The translations under genes and the position numbers were made by a program. This document shows positions 46,898 through 56,240 of a stretch of DNA of 64,000 nucleotides, in pieces. The first letter of the stretch is position 1, and the number at the start of each line of letters is the position of its first letter. The notes below the pieces were generated by a model. The model worked only from the letters and a program-made list of their open reading frames with translations, was not told where the DNA came from and did no database searches. The DNA is from Candidatus Undinarchaeota archaeon (GTDB lineage: Archaea; SpSt-1190; JASMDC01): positions 32,001-96,000 of the forward strand of contig CAZFHY010000006.1 of NCBI GenBank assembly GCA_964519305.1, written 5' to 3'.

Positions 46898-47542
46898 TCA
46901 TTCCTCCCCTGTCTTCTTACCTTTCCTTCTGACGAATATGTCCTCACCGATCCCTCTCTCCAGGGCGATGGTCGTCTCTCCCACCTGGATCACCAGGGAT
47001 GGCGATGTCCGGTGCACGTGCACCTCGAGCCCCGGTACGATACCGAAGGACATGAGCTTGTGGAGCCGGGGGTGGCGCTTGGTGTGGAGGTACGACACGA
47101 TCCCCTTCTCGCCGACCCCCAGATCGGTGAGGGGCACCACGATGCTCTTGGCATCGATGCGCCGTTCCTCGCAACACGGTCCCGGGGGGATGGGCGTGCC
47201 GTGAGGGCATACCTTCGGATGGCCCAGGAGCGTGCAGATGTTCTCCTCGACCCCGGGAGAGAGTATGTGCTCGAACCTGCACGCCTGGTCATGGATCTCT
47301 GAGTCGTTCATCTGTAGAACGTCGTGGAGCAGCCTCTCGGCGAGCCGGTGCCGGCGCACGATGGCCCGGCCGACATCCTCGCCCTTGCTCGTGAGGACCA
47401 CACGGTCGTTGACGACCTCGGTCAGCTCCCGCTCCATGAGAGCGCTCAGGTCCTCGTCCCTCACGTCCTTCATCTTGACCTGGGCTCCCTTGTCCTTCTT
47501 GATCCATAGATGCTCGAGCACCTCCTCCAGTTGTTCGATCAT
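46898..47542 (-). CDS. DtxR family regulator with C-terminal FeoA domain
   Basis: 'RRHRLAERLL..ACRFEHILS..CPHGTPIP' plus FeoA-like 'LMSFGIVPG'. Confidence 0.92.
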   Translation of the reverse strand: MIEQLEEVLEHLWIKKDKGAQVKMKDVRDEDLSALMERELTEVVNDRVVLTSKGEDVGRAIVRRHRLAERLLHDVLQMNDSEIHDQACRFEHILSPGVEENICTLLGHPKVCPHGTPIPPGPCCEERRIDAKSIVVPLTDLGVGEKGIVSYLHTKRHPRLHKLMSFGIVPGLEVHVHRTSPSLVIQVGETTIALERGIGEDIFVRRKGKKTGEE

Positions 47543-47571
47543 GGTAGTATCCCCCGTTCACCAGTACCGGG

Positions 47572-49755
47572 CTAGAGGCTCACCCCCGTGAGGGTCAGCA
47601 GCGCGTTGAGCACAGAGCCCACGAGCACCGAGTAGATAATGATGAAAGCGAACAATGCAAGGCCGGTCCATCGCCCCTGCTCCTTGAGGATGACGAAGAA
47701 CGCCGCGATGCACGGGACGAAGAGGTTCAAGGTGACGATGGCGACAACGATCTGGTTATTGGAGAGGAGAGAAAGGCCGGTGACCGGATCGATGGTACGG
47801 GCCATTTCCAGGAAGCCCGCGGCCCCGTAATCCCGGCGGATGAAGCCCATGAGGAAGAACCGGGCGGTCTCTTTTGGTAGCCCGAGCATTGAGCTCACCA
47901 CGGGCTGGAGGGCCGTCTCCAGTACCTCGAGCGCGCCGGTATGGTGGAGCACGAAGAGGAGGGCCGTACCGAGCATGAAGAGAGGGATGGCCTCCACGAG
48001 GAACCACTTGGTACGCATCCAGGTCTTGGTGACGATGTTGCGCAGGAACGGCCTGCGGATGGGCGGCAGCTCCATGATGAAGTCCGAGTCGTCGCCGGGG
48101 ATGATACGTGCGGCGAGCCGGCCGACGATGATCAGCTGGAGGAGCACGGTCATGAAGGCAACGATCAGGGCGGTCGTGGATAACCCGGCCAGCAGCCCCA
48201 TCATCACGCCCAGCTGAGCGGAACAGGGGATGGCCAGGGCAATGAGCAGTGTGGCGATGAGCCGCTCCTTCCGCGTCTCAAGGATGCGTGCGGTGAGCAC
48301 GGCCATGGTCCCGCACCCGAACCCGAGCACGATGGGTAGGATGGCCTTGCCCGACAGCCCAATCTGGCGGAACACGCGGTTGGCCATGATAGTGAGCCGT
48401 GGGAGGTAGCCCGAGTCCTCCAGGATACCGAAAGCTATGAAGAACGTCCCGACGATGGGGAGCACGATGGCTATGGCATAGGTCAGGCCCATGCTGATGA
48501 TGCCGAACTCCCCGAGGAGGAAGTCGTACACGATGTTCGTCTCCGGGATGAACAATGCAGCCGTAGCACGGGACCACGGGATGACACGGGCCTTGAACAC
48601 ATCGGTCTCGAGGAAGTCCACAAGGAAACCAGCACCCACTATCCCCACGAACTGGTAGATCAGGAACATGACCGCGAGAAGGATGGGGATGGCGGTGACC
48701 GGGGAGAAGGTCAGCTGCGAGAACCGCTCCTCCACGCTCGTGGTCGAGGGGAGCTCCTGGCGATAGACCTCGTCGTGGACAGCTGATACCTTGTGCTGTA
48801 GGGAGGCATCGAACACCTGGGCGAGCGGTCGCGTGTATTCCTCCTCTAGTCCCGCACCTACTTTCTCCACCTGCACCATGGCGTCCTTGCCGTGGACCTT
48901 CCTGAGATGCTCGTTGAGGGTAGCATCGCCGGAGAGCGCCATGACGGCCTCCTGGACGCTGCTCAGGACATCGGAGAGCTCCTCCACGGCTTTACCAGCG
49001 GCGCCGCGGTAGATGTCGGGCGCCGGGGGCAGCACATCGCTCGCGGCCACATCCGCGAGACGGCGGCGGAGCGTGAAGATGCCCTTGCTCTCCGGGGCGA
49101 CGGTCTTAACGACCGGGATCCCCAGCAGTTGGGAGAGTCGGTCGGTGTCGATCGCGACGCCCTTGGCCAGCGCCTCGTCCCACATATTAAGGGCGAGCAC
49201 AACCGGCTGGCGCATGGAGAGGAGCTGGAGCGTGAGCACGAGGGCCCGGCGGAGGTTCTTGGCATCGGCCACCTGGAGCACGATATCGGCGCCCTCGAGG
49301 AGGATGTCGCGGGTGACCGCTTCGTCCTCGCTCATGGGCACGAGGCTGTTGGTGCCCGGCGTGTCCATAACCTCGAACTCCTCGCCCCCGATTGTACCAC
49401 TACCGCACAGCATCTCTACGGTGGTTCCGGGGTAGTTGGAGGCCACGGCGTACTGGCCGGTGAGATGGGAGAATATGACGCTCTTTCCGACGTTGGGATT
49501 GCCCACCAGCACCAGACGCCGGGGGAGCGGCCTCACGATGACCTTGTCCGCCATCCCCCGTCCCAGTTCGACCTCGTTCCCGTCGACATCGACGGTCACG
49601 GGGCCACTGTCGGGAGGTACGGACACGATCCTGACGAGGATGCCCTCACGGATGCCCTTCTCATCGAGCCATCGCGTGAGGTTACCACGGCCGTCGATGG
49701 ACTCGACGATACCGCTCCGCCCCGTACCGAGCTCGACGAGTGACGGCCCCATCAC
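47572..49755 (-). CDS. feoB: Ferrous iron transporter, FeoA-FeoB fusion
   Basis: N-terminal FeoA, then GNPNVGKS, NYPGTT, DTPG, NMWD, 'GFGC' and 'IPCSAQ'. Confidence 0.95.
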   Translation of the reverse strand: MMGPSLVELGTGRSGIVESIDGRGNLTRWLDEKGIREGILVRIVSVPPDSGPVTVDVDGNEVELGRGMADKVIVRPLPRRLVLVGNPNVGKSVIFSHLTGQYAVASNYPGTTVEMLCGSGTIGGEEFEVMDTPGTNSLVPMSEDEAVTRDILLEGADIVLQVADAKNLRRALVLTLQLLSMRQPVVLALNMWDEALAKGVAIDTDRLSQLLGIPVVKTVAPESKGIFTLRRRLADVAASDVLPPAPDIYRGAAGKAVEELSDVLSSVQEAVMALSGDATLNEHLRKVHGKDAMVQVEKVGAGLEEEYTRPLAQVFDASLQHKVSAVHDEVYRQELPSTTSVEERFSQLTFSPVTAIPILLAVMFLIYQFVGIVGAGFLVDFLETDVFKARVIPWSRATAALFIPETNIVYDFLLGEFGIISMGLTYAIAIVLPIVGTFFIAFGILEDSGYLPRLTIMANRVFRQIGLSGKAILPIVLGFGCGTMAVLTARILETRKERLIATLLIALAIPCSAQLGVMMGLLAGLSTTALIVAFMTVLLQLIIVGRLAARIIPGDDSDFIMELPPIRRPFLRNIVTKTWMRTKWFLVEAIPLFMLGTALLFVLHHTGALEVLETALQPVVSSMLGLPKETARFFLMGFIRRDYGAAGFLEMARTIDPVTGLSLLSNNQIVVAIVTLNLFVPCIAAFFVILKEQGRWTGLALFAFIIIYSVLVGSVLNALLTLTGVSL

Positions 49756-49761
49756 ACCCGC

Positions 49762-49793
49762 TTGGGGTTACCTAACTTTTTAGGTCTTCCTAT
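49762..49793. promoter_or_regulatory. Two tandem DtxR-type boxes
   Basis: TTGGG-GTTA-CCTAA and TTAGG-TCTT-CCTAT each match TTAGG-N4-CCTAA with one mismatch, directly upstream of feoB. Confidence 0.65.
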
Positions 49794-49855
49794 GGAGGCC
49801 CGCCAAAGCAAACGTTTTTAACCTGCTCTTCCATGGACACCCGCAGGTAATCATC

Positions 49856-50032
49856 ATGGCTGTTAAGATCGATGAAGAAGAGTGCATCGGGTGCGGCTCC
49901 TGCGTTGGCGCCTGCCCCAGCGAGGCCATCGAGCTCAACGATGACAAGGCGAAGATCAAGGCCGACGACTGTGTCGAGTGCCTTGCCTGCATCGATGCAT
50001 GTCCCGTGGACGCCATATCTGAGCCTGAATAG
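49856..50032 (+). CDS. 2x[4Fe-4S] ferredoxin, 58 aa (missed by the ORF track)
   Basis: MAVKIDEEECIGCGSCVGACP..CVECLACIDACPVDAISEPE. Confidence 0.95.
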   Translation: MAVKIDEEECIGCGSCVGACPSEAIELNDDKAKIKADDCVECLACIDACPVDAISEPE

Positions 50033-50170
50033 GCCGGATCATCGTTAGGGTCTTTCGGCCGGAGACCGTCCGTGGTCTTCGGCCCAGTTCTTCCATTTCT
50101 TGAGTCTGACGTCTAGGGATAGCGCGATGGATTCGGGTGTACGCGGTGCGTGCGTACCTTCAGATCGGTA

Positions 50171-51124
50171 TCAACCGCAGCCGCCGCAACCGCCGCACGG
50201 ACCGTCGGCGTCGCCGTAACCAGCCGGTGCTTCCATGGTTAGTGGGGCATGGGCATCGTATCCTGCTCCGGCGCAGGACAGGCTCGGGCAGAGACCCAGG
50301 AGGTCGGCGTGCTCGTACTGGCCCTTGAACTCGCCCATCTTGACGACCTTATGCTGAACGACGTCACCCTTGTCCAGCTCGTATGTGGTGGTAAGGGAGA
50401 AGCCCTTGGAGTACTGCGTCACCTCGGGCTCGAAGGCAGCATACCCCTCGCTCTTCATACGTCCCTCGAAGGAGTCGCGCTCGGAGTCGTCGAGCTTGTG
50501 GTCGAACTTCATGATGACCGTGGACTCGTAGATCTTGGCCGCCGGGTTCTTGAGGTTGGCGCCGCATGCCTTGGCGACCACGGTCATGGAGTAGTCGTCG
50601 AAACCGTTGTCGAGGTCCAGCTCGTCACGTAGCTCGATAGAGAGAGTGTCGGCCGTGGCGTATGCGTCGTCGCCCAGGCGGTGAGCGTTCTTCGCCACGA
50701 GATCGGGCAGTTTCTCCAGGAAGCCCAAGGGCACCTTGTCCTGACTCAGCTTGAAGTCGAGATGGCCGCGTTCGAGTTCGTGGATGGCCTGGTAGCTTAG
50801 AGGATCGCGTTCTTCGAGGATGGTCTGACGTACCTCGAACAGGATCTCCTTCTGGGCACGCATCTTCGCGGATCCCGGACAACCGCCGCCGGCAGCATAG
50901 GTCTGGGCCCGCTCGGTGAGCTCCTGCTCCAGCTCGGGCCGGTGGTCGATGATGTACTGCTGCATGTCGGCGTCGATGTCCTCCTGCAGCTCGAACTTGG
51001 ACAGGTCCACCGCCCGCTTAACGCTGGTGGTGTCCAGATACCCGTCCTTGGCCATCCAGTTGGTGACCGCATCGTCCAGCTGTGACAGCAGTCCTTTCGT
51101 AGAATGAGCGTTCTTTGATACCAT
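50171..51124 (-). CDS. Hypothetical acidic protein with GGGCPGS motif and C-terminal CGGCGGCG
   Basis: About 317-aa ORF with typical codon bias. Confidence 0.75.
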   Translation of the reverse strand: MVSKNAHSTKGLLSQLDDAVTNWMAKDGYLDTTSVKRAVDLSKFELQEDIDADMQQYIIDHRPELEQELTERAQTYAAGGGCPGSAKMRAQKEILFEVRQTILEERDPLSYQAIHELERGHLDFKLSQDKVPLGFLEKLPDLVAKNAHRLGDDAYATADTLSIELRDELDLDNGFDDYSMTVVAKACGANLKNPAAKIYESTVIMKFDHKLDDSERDSFEGRMKSEGYAAFEPEVTQYSKGFSLTTTYELDKGDVVQHKVVKMGEFKGQYEHADLLGLCPSLSCAGAGYDAHAPLTMEAPAGYGDADGPCGGCGGCG

Positions 51125-51199
51125 GATGTTCACGACCGTGTCTGTTTATGACATGGTCGCCTGGACGCCCGGTTCTTATGTCTTTCCTTTGCCCCGGCC

Positions 51200-51952
51200 C
51201 TACTCCAGGAAGTAGCCCGTGTTCCTGACGAGCACCCGTTCCACGCGCCCGACATCGAGGTCGTACACCGCAAGGAAGCTGAGGAAGTCACCACGCACTG
51301 GATCGTTGCGCAGCACCACGCGACCACAGTCGATACCGATCCTGCGGACGTCGGTGTCAACGAACACGACCTCGTCCCTCGGCTCGAAGGGCAGGGCGTT
51401 GAGGTCCTTGTCGGCGTGCTCGGTCAGGGCCGCTTTGAACCTCTCTGTCCCCTTGTACAGGTTGAGGTCGAAGCCCTTCCGGTTCGCTTCCACATGAGCG
51501 CAGGACTCCCGCACTGCACGCTCGAGCGAGGTGTTCAGTCCGGGTACAGGTCCGAACGACAACGCATCGATGACAGGTCCGCCATGCAGCGTGCCCGCGG
51601 GCTGACAGGTCAGACGCACCCAGGTAGATCGGTGCAACTCCTGGTACATCCGCTCCGTGAGGTAGTACTGTCGGGAGAGCACACGGCCTTCCACCAGACG
51701 ATATGTGCGGAACAGGTTCATATCGCCAGTGTCCTCGATACGACCGACGAGGGTGAGCGTGGTGTTGGTGTCCTCCTCGGTAGCGGTGGTATCAGTACTG
51801 ACCAGTCCCTGGCCGTCCGATATCTCGAAACGTGCAGCAGCGGCCTCAGTATCACTGCCCGACGGATGCCGCTGACAGCCTGCTAGGAGCGCAAGGACGC
51901 CGAGCACGAGGGCCACGGTCGCGAGGATCTGTGGGTCCATGGGGTCCACCAT
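51200..51952 (-). CDS. Putative lipoprotein
   Basis: 'LGVLALLAGC' lipobox. The real start lies downstream of the tRNA-Leu. Confidence 0.75.
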   Translation of the reverse strand: MVDPMDPQILATVALVLGVLALLAGCQRHPSGSDTEAAAARFEISDGQGLVSTDTTATEEDTNTTLTLVGRIEDTGDMNLFRTYRLVEGRVLSRQYYLTERMYQELHRSTWVRLTCQPAGTLHGGPVIDALSFGPVPGLNTSLERAVRESCAHVEANRKGFDLNLYKGTERFKAALTEHADKDLNALPFEPRDEVVFVDTDVRRIGIDCGRVVLRNDPVRGDFLSFLAVYDLDVGRVERVLVRNTGYFLE

Positions 51953-51963
51953 TAATGATAAGT

Positions 51964-52051
51964 TGGTGCGGGGGACGGGATTCGAACCCGTGTAGGCACT
52001 AAGCCACAGGGTCCTAAGCCCTGCCCCATTGGCCAACTAGGGTACCCCCGC
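51964..52051 (-). tRNA. tRNA-Leu(TAG), CCA encoded, no intron
   Basis: GCGGGGG acceptor, CAGGG-CTTAGGA-CCCTG anticodon arm, long variable arm, GGTTCGAATCC. TTTAAA about 28 nt upstream. Confidence 0.97.
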
Positions 52052-52118
52052 AATGCGTGTTGAGGCGGAGGGAAGGAATTTAAACGTGACGGGAGGTCGC
52101 GCCGGTCACGTCCGTTCC

Positions 52119-55100
52119 CTACCCGTTCAAATTGTTGCTAGTTGAACTGGTGCTAGAGGAGCTTGTGCTCGATGTGCTATCAGTTGTGCCATCTGGCGAC
52201 CAGCTGAAACCGATGTACCCCTTTTCCAGCTCATGGCAATGGGGCTCGACATTGTCCGAGGGGAAGGGCGTCAGCTCCCGCCACAGGCAGTAGCCAGTGC
52301 CGGCGTTGTTCGGTTTATACACCGCGCTCCCGGGGCACTTGTAGTCCTTCGTCACGTCGCTCTCGGTCCAACTGAACCCGATGTAACCGCTCTTGAGGTA
52401 GTGGCAGTAGGGTTTCACGTCGGCCTTGGGCAGGACGATGCCCTTGAAGAGGCAGAACGCCTTACCTGCGCTGGTCGTGTAGCTGGCACCCTCGGGACAT
52501 TTTCTCGTGGGAGCTGCTGTCGGTACGGGAGTAGGAGTGGGGGCTTTGGTCGGCTCTGGGGTGGGTGACGGAGTGGGCACCTTGGTCGGTTCCAGCGTGG
52601 GTTCCGGTGTCGACGTCTTGGTCGGTTCCGGTGTCGGTGATGCCTTCACGACCGTCGGTGTCGGCGTGGATGTCGCTGTGGGTGAGATCCCTGTACCGCT
52701 CCCGAGGATGATGGCAACGCACCTGTCGCTGGAGGAAGCACCGTCCGTCGTGGTTTCCGGCGGTCCGCAGTAGATAACATGGGTGACGATTCCGTGGGAG
52801 TTGAGCTGCTTCACGATGGCCTCCAGGCTCCCGATGAGCACGCCCGCCTTCTCGGCCAGGAGGTCCAGGCGGACCTTGCCGCCGGCCTCGAGCACCGTCT
52901 CGAGCACATTCACCTCGTCCAGGCCCATCCCGGCTGCCAGGAGGCGCTCGGCTACGGCTGTTTCGAAACTGCTATCGTACTTTGTGAGCACGCGCTTGAG
53001 CGCCGCCATTGCCTCCTGTTCCTCGATGGACGGATCGCCTGCCGACTTCTCATCGGTGGGCTGCGTGGCGCTCCTGCCGTAGAAGTAGATGCTGCAGTAT
53101 GAACCGTAATCGTCCGGCCACTTCGTTTCCCGGCCTATGAAGTAGATATCACAGCCGGAGCCTTCTCCTATGGTGCGGAAAATGCCTTCCAGTTCCTCCA
53201 CCGGGAGACCTGCTCCGGCAGCGAGCTTCTCGGCGGGCATAGCACCGCCGGCCTCGATGAGGGTATCGAGCACCTTCCGTCCATTGATACCGATCTCGTT
53301 CCTGACACCTAGCATATGGAAAACGCCCGCCATGTCCGTGGTGCCCGTCGGCTCGAGAGGCTCGACCGTCCCCACCTTGCCGGAGAGGGTACCGCCCACC
53401 CAGATGACGACCACGGGCCTGGTGGCGGTCCCGTCGACGATGGAAAGGGCCTTCGCCTTTCCTATTGCCTCCTCCCTTGACCGGGGCAAGCGCTCAAGGA
53501 GCTGGTCGCCCGGCTGAGACGACTTCTCATCGTCACTGTCGTCCCCGACGTAGATAAAGTGTACGATGATACCGTGGGTATCCATGGTCTCTACCATTCT
53601 CGGGACCTCTTCCACGGCGAGGTCCGTCTTCCCGGCCAGCTCTACGGCGGGCAGTACGCCGCCGGCCTCGATGAGGACCTCCAGCACCGTTCGCGCCTCG
53701 GTACCGATGTCACCCCTAACGCCGAGCATGCGGAACACGCCTGCCTTATCGAGCGTCCCTGTCGTGCCGAGGGGCTCACCCGTCCCCGCCGTTCCGGAGA
53801 GGGTACCGCCCACCCAGATGACGACCACGGGGATGCGGGCCGCCTTCTCGCCACCGTACAGCGCCTCGGCCTTCTTGATCGCGTCCTCCCGGCTTCGGGG
53901 CAGACGCTCCAGCAGCGGCACATCTGGGTCCTGCGACTCCTCTTCAGGATCGTCGCTCCCGATGTAGATGATGTGTATCATGATCCCGTACTCTGACATG
54001 GTATCGACGAATGTGGCCATTTCCTCAACCGGGATGCCTGAACCCTTCATGAACTCGGTCAGCTCCAGGGCCCCATCCGCCTCGGTGAGCATCACGAGGG
54101 CGTTCCTTTCCCGTGCGGGAAGGATCTGCATCACCCTTTCGATGACTCCTGCCGGTACGCCGGATGCCCTCTTCGTGGGGCAGGGCTCCTGCAGGTCATT
54201 GAGCCCGTTGTCGGACAGCTCGCCCACCCCGATGGCGACGATGGTGATCCCCGCCGCTTTACCGGGGTAGCATGGCCTCTTGATCACTTCGATCCCTGCC
54301 ATCGACATCTTCTTCAACAGGCTGCCGACTCCCCCCTGGTCAGCAACGAAACCTTTCGCCGCGTCCGTGAACTGTTCTCTGAACGAGGGGTCCAGTAACT
54401 GCTTCCTGAAATCCGGATCGTTCATCCGCTCCCGGAATTCCGGGATACGCCTGAGCACGCGCCCCTCCTCGGAGCGCTCGACGAATCTCTCCACGTTCCG
54501 GAGCAGTGCCTTGGCAGCGGCCGACTCCCTGAACGCACTATCATCGCTCCCGCTCTCTGCGGCCTCCCTGGCCGATGTGAGCCGCCCCTTGGCCTTTTCC
54601 AGGATACGTCCCGCCGCCTTACTGGTGAGGTTCAGCGCCTCGACCTTGGAAACGAGGGCGGCCAGACGCGTCTCGACGTCACTCATGTCCTTCTGGGCCC
54701 TCTTCACCATGGTCTTTCGACCACGCAGTTCACCCGCGAAGCCATCCCTCCGGTCGTCGAAGGTCAGCTTGATGGCGTCGTATTCCTGTGCCCTGGCCTG
54801 TGAGATCGCCCGCATGGCCTTGCGCAATGCCTCTTCGGTACCATCTACGTCGTCGAAGTCCTGAGTGGATCCCAGGATGTCCTCGATGATCGGGTTCTCC
54901 TCAGGCTCTACTGTCGCAGACCCCTCCAGTTCCGATAGTTCTTCATCGGTCTTGTCGTCGTTCTCTTCTTTCAGTTTCAGCGAATCACGGGCCTCGGCGA
55001 GCGCTTTCTCGCGCATCTTACGGGCCTTGTCCTGAGCTTCCTTCGCCCGTTCAAGGAGCTTCGTCAGACGCTCCTTGATCTTGGTCATCTGCTTCTTGCG

Positions 55101-56156
55101 CAGTTCCTTGGCAGCCTCCCGCTTGGCTTTCCAGACCTCCTTCTCCTTCTCGATACGTTCCCTGACCAGGGCGTGGATAGCCTTACCCGGTCGCACGGTC
55201 TCGATACCGATGTCCTTCAGTGCAGCAGCGACCTTGTCGGCGAGGTCGGGCCTCCCGACGACCTTTATCTTCGATGGTTCGAGCGACTTTACCTTCTCGA
55301 TGAGCGATGAGATATCCTCCTCCGAGCGGATGACGATCGAAGTGACGTGCTCCCCTGCGTCCTGATTTGCCGTCCCCTGAAGCGCGTCAGTGAAGTCCTT
55401 GATGGCCACGATTATTAATGGTCTGTCCGTGGCGCCCTCGGCCTTCGCTTTCTCGATGACCTTCTCAGCGACCGCTTCAGCCACCTCTTCGGGCGTTCCA
55501 CCACCAACGACCTCCTCGGTGACGTTTAGGGCGGTGAGCTCCTCGCGCAGCGTCTCGTTGATATCGGAGCCTACGAGCTTCACCTTCTCGATACCAAGCT
55601 CCCCGATGACGTCCGAGATGTCGGACGGTACGGCATCCAGTGGGACGATTAGAACAGGTAGCTTGAACGCGGTGGCCAGATCCTTGGCGGCCCCCACCTC
55701 GTCCATGTTACCGTCATTAGGTGCCTCGATGTTGTCCGTCACGAGCACGGCTTCCGTGATTCCCTCGAGCCAGAAGTACCGGGCCACTTCGGCACTTGTC
55801 CCGTACCGGGTCATGCCCCAGAGCCGGACGACGGTCTTCCCCTGACCGGTCAGACCCTCCTCGATGTCATCGCTGACCACGGCGGGACCTCCAATGATGT
55901 AGACCGTCTCGGGTTTCAGATCGTCAATGGTCGCAACGGTCTCTTCTGGTAGCGTGTCCTTCTCCGTGAGGAGCAGGGGGATTCCCTGCTTCAGCGCCGC
56001 GGCCCGGGCGACCATGGCATCGGGATAGTTTACTGTAGTGGCAAGCAGCACTGCGTCGACACTTGCAGTCATATCACCGCTATCGATGTCTTCCTGGGCC
56101 AATGCCGTGCTTAGCACGAGCATAAGTACGAGTAATCGAGAAATCCACTTCATCAT
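52119..56156 (-). CDS. Secreted protein: cell-wall-binding repeat 2 (CWB2)-like N-terminus, coiled coil, internal repeats, PT linker, Cys domain
   Basis: Signal peptide. 'NYPDAM..IPLLLT..VYIIGGPAVVS..VVRLWGMTRYGTS' is the CW_binding_2 signature. Confidence 0.88.
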   Translation of the reverse strand: MMKWISRLLVLMLVLSTALAQEDIDSGDMTASVDAVLLATTVNYPDAMVARAAALKQGIPLLLTEKDTLPEETVATIDDLKPETVYIIGGPAVVSDDIEEGLTGQGKTVVRLWGMTRYGTSAEVARYFWLEGITEAVLVTDNIEAPNDGNMDEVGAAKDLATAFKLPVLIVPLDAVPSDISDVIGELGIEKVKLVGSDINETLREELTALNVTEEVVGGGTPEEVAEAVAEKVIEKAKAEGATDRPLIIVAIKDFTDALQGTANQDAGEHVTSIVIRSEEDISSLIEKVKSLEPSKIKVVGRPDLADKVAAALKDIGIETVRPGKAIHALVRERIEKEKEVWKAKREAAKELRKKQMTKIKERLTKLLERAKEAQDKARKMREKALAEARDSLKLKEENDDKTDEELSELEGSATVEPEENPIIEDILGSTQDFDDVDGTEEALRKAMRAISQARAQEYDAIKLTFDDRRDGFAGELRGRKTMVKRAQKDMSDVETRLAALVSKVEALNLTSKAAGRILEKAKGRLTSAREAAESGSDDSAFRESAAAKALLRNVERFVERSEEGRVLRRIPEFRERMNDPDFRKQLLDPSFREQFTDAAKGFVADQGGVGSLLKKMSMAGIEVIKRPCYPGKAAGITIVAIGVGELSDNGLNDLQEPCPTKRASGVPAGVIERVMQILPARERNALVMLTEADGALELTEFMKGSGIPVEEMATFVDTMSEYGIMIHIIYIGSDDPEEESQDPDVPLLERLPRSREDAIKKAEALYGGEKAARIPVVVIWVGGTLSGTAGTGEPLGTTGTLDKAGVFRMLGVRGDIGTEARTVLEVLIEAGGVLPAVELAGKTDLAVEEVPRMVETMDTHGIIVHFIYVGDDSDDEKSSQPGDQLLERLPRSREEAIGKAKALSIVDGTATRPVVVIWVGGTLSGKVGTVEPLEPTGTTDMAGVFHMLGVRNEIGINGRKVLDTLIEAGGAMPAEKLAAGAGLPVEELEGIFRTIGEGSGCDIYFIGRETKWPDDYGSYCSIYFYGRSATQPTDEKSAGDPSIEEQEAMAALKRVLTKYDSSFETAVAERLLAAGMGLDEVNVLETVLEAGGKVRLDLLAEKAGVLIGSLEAIVKQLNSHGIVTHVIYCGPPETTTDGASSSDRCVAIILGSGTGISPTATSTPTPTVVKASPTPEPTKTSTPEPTLEPTKVPTPSPTPEPTKAPTPTPVPTAAPTRKCPEGASYTTSAGKAFCLFKGIVLPKADVKPYCHYLKSGYIGFSWTESDVTKDYKCPGSAVYKPNNAGTGYCLWRELTPFPSDNVEPHCHELEKGYIGFSWSPDGTTDSTSSTSSSSTSSTSNNLNG

Positions 56157-56240
56157 GACGTCCCCTCTCCTCCTTCTAATTTGTATCAGGGACGGATTAA
56201 ATAGTTACCGGGGATCGAGGTGATCGTAGCCAGTTCCGAC

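Noticed and set aside
50049-50085. Hairpins after the ferredoxin as an ncRNA
   Set aside because: Short GC hairpins between convergent genes are adequately explained as 3'-end structures.
51953-52036. N-terminal extension of ORF 51200..52036
   Set aside because: It overlaps tRNA-Leu; the real start is at 51952 or 51940.
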